Origin: an uncultured Verrucomicrobiae bacterium | GTDB lineage: Bacteria > Verrucomicrobiota > Verrucomicrobiia > Chthoniobacterales > JAFAMB01 | DNA: 64,000 bases | Reading direction: 5' to 3' | NCBI GenBank assembly: GCA_963762565.1 | Contig: CAVXLD010000007.1 | Span: 416,001-480,000 of the forward strand | Translations under genes and position numbers: made by a program | Shown here: piece by piece, positions 58,469 to 64,000 of the stretch | Position numbering within the stretch: position 1 is the first letter of the stretch | Layout of the letters: the number at the start of each line of letters is the position of its first letter | The notes under the pieces: model-generated | Seen by the model: the letters and a program-made list of their open reading frames with translations, nothing else | Databases searched by the model: none | What the model was told of the DNA's origin: nothing

Positions 58469-59953
58469 ATGAATATCGTCGGACAATCTCCGAACATATC
58501 TGACGCGTTGATGGATCGTGCGCTCAGTAGAGTCGCTGACTTCAATCGATTCCGAGAGGAAGGTCTAGTCTGTCGAAGCGGCGACTTTTTTCCCTCAGTC
58601 CACTATCCGCCGATCACGATGTACCATGAAGTGGACGAAAATAGGCTGTTCGAGGATTATTCATTGCCGGCCGATGGGAAATTGGACGTGTACGCGCACA
58701 TTCCGTTCTGCAAGCAGCGCTGCATCTTTTGTCATTACCCGGTGATGCTCGGCAAAAAGGAGGCGGAGATGGATCAGTATCTGGGCGCCATGGAAAAAGA
58801 AATGGATATTTACATGCGCCGGTTGGGCGTTGATCACATCAAGGTCCGATCCATTCTCATCGGCGGTGGGACTCCTTCCTACCTTAGCCCGGTGCAATTG
58901 AAACGGTTTCTGGATTTCTTCACTAAGCGTCTCGATATGTCGGAGTGCGATCAATTTAACTGGGACGTTGATCCTTCGACCCTGGTTGGTCCGATCGGCT
59001 TGGAACGGCTCAAGATCCTGCGAGATTATGGTTCAGACCGGATGACCCTCGGAATCCAATCGTTGGATGAGCGCGTCCTGGAGATCATGAACCGGCCGCA
59101 TGACAAATCGGTCGCGCTGGAAGCGATTCGGAACTGCCAAGAACACGGCTATCAGGTCAACATTGAATTCATTTTTGGTCACCCAGGGGAGACGCTGGAG
59201 AATTGGGTGGACGTTATGCGAGAGGCGGTAACACTGGGTACTGAGGAGATACAACTTTACCGGCTGAAGGTGGAAGCCTACGGCGATTATCAGGGCCCGA
59301 TTAAAAACTATCTTAATAAACGTCCGGATGAAGCAGTTCCGCACGAAGAGCAGATCATGATGAAGCAGCTCGCGATCGATATCCTGGCTGAGAACGGATA
59401 TCATGAGAATCTGCGGCGAGTTTATACTAAGGAGCGGCAACATTTCTCCTGTTACGCAGAGAACCAGTGCTGCAAACTTTATGATGAGGTCGGTTTTGGG
59501 TTGACCGCGTTCAGCAGCTTACGGGATCGCTTTGTCCTGAACAGTGAGACCTTTGGTGAGTACTACCAACATATTGAAGAAGGCAGAATGCCGCTCAACC
59601 GCGGTCTGAAGCGTGACAAAGATCAACAATTGCGCTGGGCCATTGTGTTACCGATGAAGAATCGGGACGTCTATAAGAGCACGTTCGAGGCCGCCACAAA
59701 CGGAGAATCTATCGAAAACGTCTTTCGGCCAAAGATCGAGCGGCTCAAAGCGTATGGCTTGTTGCGGGAAGACGACGTTAGTCTCGGGCTAACCCAACTA
59801 GGGGCATTTTTTGCCGACGAAGTCGCCCAACAATTCCATTCTGACGATTACATCCCGTATCCGCGCGAGGCCTACGCTGACGGTCCTCTCAATCCTTATC
59901 TGGATACGGATCCTTACGCGGCGACAGGTGCGGCAACCTCAGCAGTTTCTTAA
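58469..59953 (+). CDS. HemN-like (class C-type) radical SAM protein
   Basis: YAHIPFCKQRCIFC, GGGTPS, TLGIQS, IFGHPGET, VGFG.TAFS, LTQLG.FFADEV. Confidence 0.88.
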   Translation: MNIVGQSPNISDALMDRALSRVADFNRFREEGLVCRSGDFFPSVHYPPITMYHEVDENRLFEDYSLPADGKLDVYAHIPFCKQRCIFCHYPVMLGKKEAEMDQYLGAMEKEMDIYMRRLGVDHIKVRSILIGGGTPSYLSPVQLKRFLDFFTKRLDMSECDQFNWDVDPSTLVGPIGLERLKILRDYGSDRMTLGIQSLDERVLEIMNRPHDKSVALEAIRNCQEHGYQVNIEFIFGHPGETLENWVDVMREAVTLGTEEIQLYRLKVEAYGDYQGPIKNYLNKRPDEAVPHEEQIMMKQLAIDILAENGYHENLRRVYTKERQHFSCYAENQCCKLYDEVGFGLTAFSSLRDRFVLNSETFGEYYQHIEEGRMPLNRGLKRDKDQQLRWAIVLPMKNRDVYKSTFEAATNGESIENVFRPKIERLKAYGLLREDDVSLGLTQLGAFFADEVAQQFHSDDYIPYPREAYADGPLNPYLDTDPYAATGAATSAVS

Positions 59954-59981
59954 ATATATCTTGGAGCACGAATCAACGGCG

Positions 59982-61043
59982 ATGTTTAACGACACGGTAG
60001 CGTTTGCTGGGCAGTCTGGAAACGGTCGTCAATACGTAGATGGTTTGGAACTAAGCGATCCCGATCTATTTTGGGATCGAGATGCTATTCTTCGTTGGCT
60101 ACAGGTTAGGGGATCTGAGCAAGAGCAGCTTTTTGCTGCGGCTCGATCTGCCCGGGAAAAGGTCTATGGCCGCCGGGTGGTCGTTCGGGGTTTAATTGAG
60201 GTCACAAATCTCTGTCGAGTGAACTGCCAATTCTGCCCGATGCGGCGAGATAACACGAAACAAAACACGATTTTCCAGCTAACCCCTGAGCAGATACTAG
60301 AGGTAGTGACCGAAATTAAGGCGGCCGGCATTAACGTGGTTTTTTTCCAGGCCGGTGAGGTGGGCAAAACCACTCGTTTGATAGGCGACGTGATACCCGA
60401 GATCCAGGCACGATTTGGCAATCCGGTTGAGCTTTTGCTTTGTCTTGGTAACAAGACAGATACCGAATTCGAATTTCTGAAAAAGCAGGGAGCCACCAGT
60501 TACATCCTGAAGCACGAGACCAGCGACCCGGATCTGAATGAACGGATGCGGGAGTCGTCGTTCGAAGAAAGAATGCGCTGTTTGCGGACGTTAGTTGGAT
60601 TGGGGTTCAAGGTGGGAACCGGAGCGATTGTTGGATTGCCCGGCCAGTCAATCGAGAGTCTCGCTAACGATCTGGAACTTGCCCGAGACCTTGGCGCGCA
60701 CATGGTCAGCGGCTCTCCGTTTATCCCAGCGCCGGATACCCCGTTGGCTGGTTATCCGGCCGGTGATGTCGAGCTGACTCTGAATTTTATTGCGATTGCC
60801 CGGCTCATGAATCCTTCCTGGCTGATACCCAGTGTCAGTGCTTTGGAGCGTCGGCAGGGCGGAGGCCAGCTTAGCGGGCTCGCCGCCGGGGCTAACGTCT
60901 TGACCGTCAATTTCACACCCCCAGTCGAGCAGGAAAAATATCTGATTTATGGTAAGGATCGGTACGTGGTTCGAAACGACCATGTGACCGAGATCGTTCG
61001 TCAAGCTGGGCTGGAACGCGCGCAGTCAGTGTTCGCAGCCTGA
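59982..61043 (+). CDS. BioB/HydE/PylB-like radical SAM protein
   Basis: RGLIEVTNLCRVNCQFC, YILKHET, VGTGAIVGLPGQ, PFIPAPDTPL, AGANV, YLIY. Confidence 0.88.
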   Translation: MFNDTVAFAGQSGNGRQYVDGLELSDPDLFWDRDAILRWLQVRGSEQEQLFAAARSAREKVYGRRVVVRGLIEVTNLCRVNCQFCPMRRDNTKQNTIFQLTPEQILEVVTEIKAAGINVVFFQAGEVGKTTRLIGDVIPEIQARFGNPVELLLCLGNKTDTEFEFLKKQGATSYILKHETSDPDLNERMRESSFEERMRCLRTLVGLGFKVGTGAIVGLPGQSIESLANDLELARDLGAHMVSGSPFIPAPDTPLAGYPAGDVELTLNFIAIARLMNPSWLIPSVSALERRQGGGQLSGLAAGANVLTVNFTPPVEQEKYLIYGKDRYVVRNDHVTEIVRQAGLERAQSVFAA

Positions 61044-61070
61044 TTTCCGGTACGGCGAGGCTCCATCGCT

Positions 61071-61357
61071 GGTAGGGCGAGGCTCCCGAATGGCCTTCAG
61101 ATTTTTACGAAGGCGCCGGCTGGCTCAATTCAACGTTTGGCTATATCGATTTGCTGGCCGAGCCGCGGTCTATTGCGTGGCCAGAGTGGAAACGTGTCGT
61201 TTTGGCGGCTGCATGTGTCCATTTCTCACGTCCAACCTAAGAGCTAGCAACGCGCAGACCCCGGCTCGGCGCGCGCGTCGGCCCCATAAATCAGGTCTTG
61301 GCGCTACTGCCAGCATCTTCGCGGCAGCGCTTCGCCAGTCGGGAGCCTCGCCCTACC
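61071..61357. repeat. REP/REPIN-like element, family A
   Basis: GGTAGGGCGAGGCTCCCGA ... TCGGGAGCCTCGCCCTACC. Confidence 0.85.
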
Positions 61358-61475
61358 AACGATGGGCGGCCTTAAAAATCCGTCTGCGGAGATTGACGGT
61401 CGCGAATCTGACCTGTATAGCGTGACTCATCTCTGGGATCGGAAGAGGCAGGCGGGCCAGAGGTAAGAGGTTAAA

Positions 61476-62378
61476 ATGAAAAAGGCGCTTTTGCTCTGCT
61501 GTTTGCTGCTGGGAGCGAGGTGGGTCCTGGGGGGAGAGACGGAGACGATTCAAGGGCCGACTCCAATCACTGCCAATGCGACGCCGGCAGCCGATCCGAC
61601 TTGGAGTTTTGAGTCAACCACGAGCTATACAAGTGGCGCCCGCATCATGAAAGCGGGCTACTTTGGGTCTCAGGCCGAGGTCGAATATGAGTTGCAGGCC
61701 TACAAGGACATAAAACTATTTCAAAACTATTTCTTGCAGCTCGGTTTCGATTTGGAGCGGTTCAATTTTTCGCGGTCGAACAGTTTCTTTCCCTACGCCA
61801 TGACCAGTCTGGCCGGCGAATTGGTTTTTGCTTATTGGGATGGAGACGATTTTTATCCCGTTTTGAGATTCGAGCCGGGCTTGTATTACACGCGTGCCTA
61901 CATCACTAAAAACTCTTTTGATCTACCGATTCGGTTCACTCCCGGGCTGAAACTCAGTGAAAATCTTTATGTAATCGGAGGGTGCAGCTTCGATGTTTAT
62001 TCGAATCCGATCGTATTTCCCGTCTTCGGGCTCAATTGGAAAATCAGCGACCAATGGAACTTGCGGGCAGTTTTTCCTCGTCCGCGTTTTAGCTATCTGC
62101 CTAATAAGCAATGGGAGTTCTTTGTACAGGGAGACTTGAATGGCGACAGCTTCCGGAATGGGCCAACCGATGACCATCGAACCAATAATGCGGTCCTACA
62201 GTACTATTATTACCGCGCTGGCGTCGGGTTTAACTATGAACTGGTGAGAGGGTTCGAGATTGAAGCTGTCGCGGGCTACAACTTCAAGCGGGAGTACGAC
62301 TACATTCGCGCCGGTCCCATCTATGACGTCAAACCGGCACCCTACGTCTGGCTAGACTTGAAGTGGACGGTGTTTTGA
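61476..62378 (+). CDS. Outer-membrane beta-barrel protein (DUF6268-like)
   Basis: Signal peptide, alternating aromatic strands, FPVFGLNW.I...W.L...FPRP, C-terminal Phe. Confidence 0.7.
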   Translation: MKKALLLCCLLLGARWVLGGETETIQGPTPITANATPAADPTWSFESTTSYTSGARIMKAGYFGSQAEVEYELQAYKDIKLFQNYFLQLGFDLERFNFSRSNSFFPYAMTSLAGELVFAYWDGDDFYPVLRFEPGLYYTRAYITKNSFDLPIRFTPGLKLSENLYVIGGCSFDVYSNPIVFPVFGLNWKISDQWNLRAVFPRPRFSYLPNKQWEFFVQGDLNGDSFRNGPTDDHRTNNAVLQYYYYRAGVGFNYELVRGFEIEAVAGYNFKREYDYIRAGPIYDVKPAPYVWLDLKWTVF

Positions 62379-62423
62379 TCCTTCGATCGCACCGGTCATC
62401 AATAGGGCGGGACAAGGCGTAGC

Positions 62424-62640
62424 GGAGCGGAGTGATGGAGTAGCGGAGTATTGGAGTAGCGGAGTATTGGAGTGATGGAGTGATGGAGTGATGGAGTGAT
62501 GGAGTGATGGAGTGATGGAGTGACTGGAGTGATGGCCAAGCGGCGATTCCGCCGCCAGAGTGCTCCAAGACGCGGCTTCGCCGCTGGTCTCACACCACTA
62601 CTCCGCTACTCCAATACTCCAGTACTCCAATACTCCGCTA
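62424..62640. repeat. Inverted octamer arms (GGAGTGAT)n ... (TACTCC(A/G)..)n
   Basis: Arms at about 62424-62535 and 62595-62640. Confidence 0.85.
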
Positions 62641-62712
62641 GCCACGTCCGAGGACGAGGATGCATGCGCTTTCCGGTTGCGTGACTACCGGGAACGGAGC
62701 GATAGGATACCA

Positions 62713-63711
62713 ATGAACTATCGTCGACTGGGCAATGCGGGTGTTAAGGTTAGTGAGCTTTCCTTTGGATCCTGGGTTACGTTTGGAGACCAGATCGGCG
62801 ACGACGTCGCAGAGTCGCTGATGATCAAAGCTTACGAAGGGGGGATTAATTTCTTTGATAACGCGGAAGGTTATGCTCGCGGCAAGTCCGAGCTGGTCAT
62901 GGGCGCCATCTTGAAGAAGCTCGGTTGGCCCCGGGATTCCTGGTTGGTATCGAGCAAGGTCTATTTCGGCTCTGCTCCTCAACCGAAACCGAATCAGACT
63001 GGCCTGAGCCGCAAACACGTGTTTGAAGCGTGCCATGCGGCATTGCACCGCCTCCAAGTCGATTATCTTGATCTCTTCTTTTGTCATCGGCCGGATCCGG
63101 AGACGCCGATTGAGGAAACGGTGCGAGTAATGTCCGACTTAGTTACTCAGGGAAAGGTGCTTTACTGGGGCACCAGTGTCTGGAGCGCCGATCAAATCAT
63201 GGAAGCCTACGGTATCGCTCGAGCGAACAATTTAGTGCCTCCGACGATGGAACAGCCTTACTACAATTTGCTGCAACGCGACAAGGTCGAGCTCGAGTAC
63301 AGCCGTCTCTACCAAGGGATCGGGCTTGGTACCACCATCTGGTCTCCGTTAGCGAGTGGATTATTAACCGGCAAATACAACGACGGGTTGCCGAATGATG
63401 CGCGGATGGGTTTGGAAAGCTATGGCTGGCTACGTGATTGGGTTATCAAGCCAGAACGCCTCGAGAAAGTTCGCACCTATTGCAGGTTCGCTGGTAAACT
63501 AGGCCTCTCGCCTGCTGTGCTAGCCGTTGCCTGGTGTCTCAGAAATCCCAACGTCAGCACCGTAATTTTGGGGGCATCAAAGGTCTCGCAACTTGAAGAG
63601 AATCTGAAAGCCACTGCCGCCGCCGAACAACTGACGCCGGACATCCTGGAGGAGCTTGATGAGATTCTGGGTTCCAAACCTAAAGATCCGTCCAACGAGG
63701 ACAACCACTAG
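62713..63711 (+). CDS. Aldo/keto reductase (Kv-beta-like subfamily)
   Basis: [48 protein letters not shown]. Confidence 0.92.
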   Translation: MNYRRLGNAGVKVSELSFGSWVTFGDQIGDDVAESLMIKAYEGGINFFDNAEGYARGKSELVMGAILKKLGWPRDSWLVSSKVYFGSAPQPKPNQTGLSRKHVFEACHAALHRLQVDYLDLFFCHRPDPETPIEETVRVMSDLVTQGKVLYWGTSVWSADQIMEAYGIARANNLVPPTMEQPYYNLLQRDKVELEYSRLYQGIGLGTTIWSPLASGLLTGKYNDGLPNDARMGLESYGWLRDWVIKPERLEKVRTYCRFAGKLGLSPAVLAVAWCLRNPNVSTVILGASKVSQLEENLKATAAAEQLTPDILEELDEILGSKPKDPSNEDNH

Positions 63712-63772
63712 AACGCCGGCATCGCTCCGGCGGCTGCCGGACCGGGAACGGGTTCTACTTCTCATTTCTGAT

Positions 63773-64000
63773 ATGCCGGCAAAAAAGAGCACGAAATACG
63801 GGTCTTTGACGCTGCTGGGCAAGCCGGTGTCACACTATCCAAATGCGCCGTCCGCTAAGACCATTGAGACCTTCGAAAACGAGTACGCGGACCGGCGTTA
63901 CTTGATCAAATTTGAGTGTGCAGATTTCACTTCGCTCTGTCCGATCACAGGTCAGCCGGATTTTGCTAAAATTACGATAGAATACGTACCGGCTACTCGG
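63773..64000 (+). CDS. queF: NADPH-dependent 7-cyano-7-deazaguanine (preQ0) reductase, runs off the right edge
   Basis: Manual translation: [16 protein letters not shown]...IETFEN...[20 protein letters not shown]. Confidence 0.9.
   Translation, partial: MPAKKSTKYGSLTLLGKPVSHYPNAPSAKTIETFENEYADRRYLIKFECADFTSLCPITGQPDFAKITIEYVPATR

Noticed and set aside
59982..61043. Calling this gene hydE or bioB
   Set aside because: No hydA/F/G or bio genes nearby, and the motifs support only family-level assignment.

Overview
A 64 kb, mostly housekeeping chromosomal segment from a GC-moderate bacterium. It is most likely a soil Verrucomicrobiota (Chthoniobacterales-like), inferred from gene content such as DUF5069, a verrucomicrobial 'SPY..P...V.VRG...G..V.DP...K.F..P' protein and ARC/Dop in a Gram-negative context. 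Recognisable genes: pckA (5' part), an LpdA-like flavoprotein, five USPs, a sirtuin, nuoB/C, an ECF sigma/anti-sigma pair with a divergent Tat metallophosphoesterase-DUF2231-cytochrome c unit, lepA/lepB, hpnD, mtnA, an spmAB-like gene, zwf, moeB, ppk2, a 2-oxoacid dehydrogenase E1a/E1b/E2 operon, arc-dop, a Ser/Thr kinase, a tartrate dehydrogenase, an MFS, a HAD, an aldo/keto reductase and queF (5' part). I found no rRNA, tRNA, CRISPR array, transposase or integrase. Most notable: (1) an accessory block at 49.6-62.4 kb with a secreted helical protein, an ABCG-topology transporter and a RyR-domain protein, followed by a signal-peptide methyltransferase, EamA and a HemN-like + HydE-like radical SAM pair; (2) intergenic DNA pervasively built from nested palindromes (three REP/REPIN-like families plus inverted pairs of simple-repeat arms), one pair enclosing a four-helix-bundle gene; (3) arc-dop without Pup/UBact, PafA or 20S genes alongside; (4) matched divergent ECF promoter motifs; (5) several predicted pseudo-enzymes; (6) two unannotated small membrane ORFs, one behind a sigma-54-type promoter. 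All family assignments are from motif recognition by eye, not database searches.
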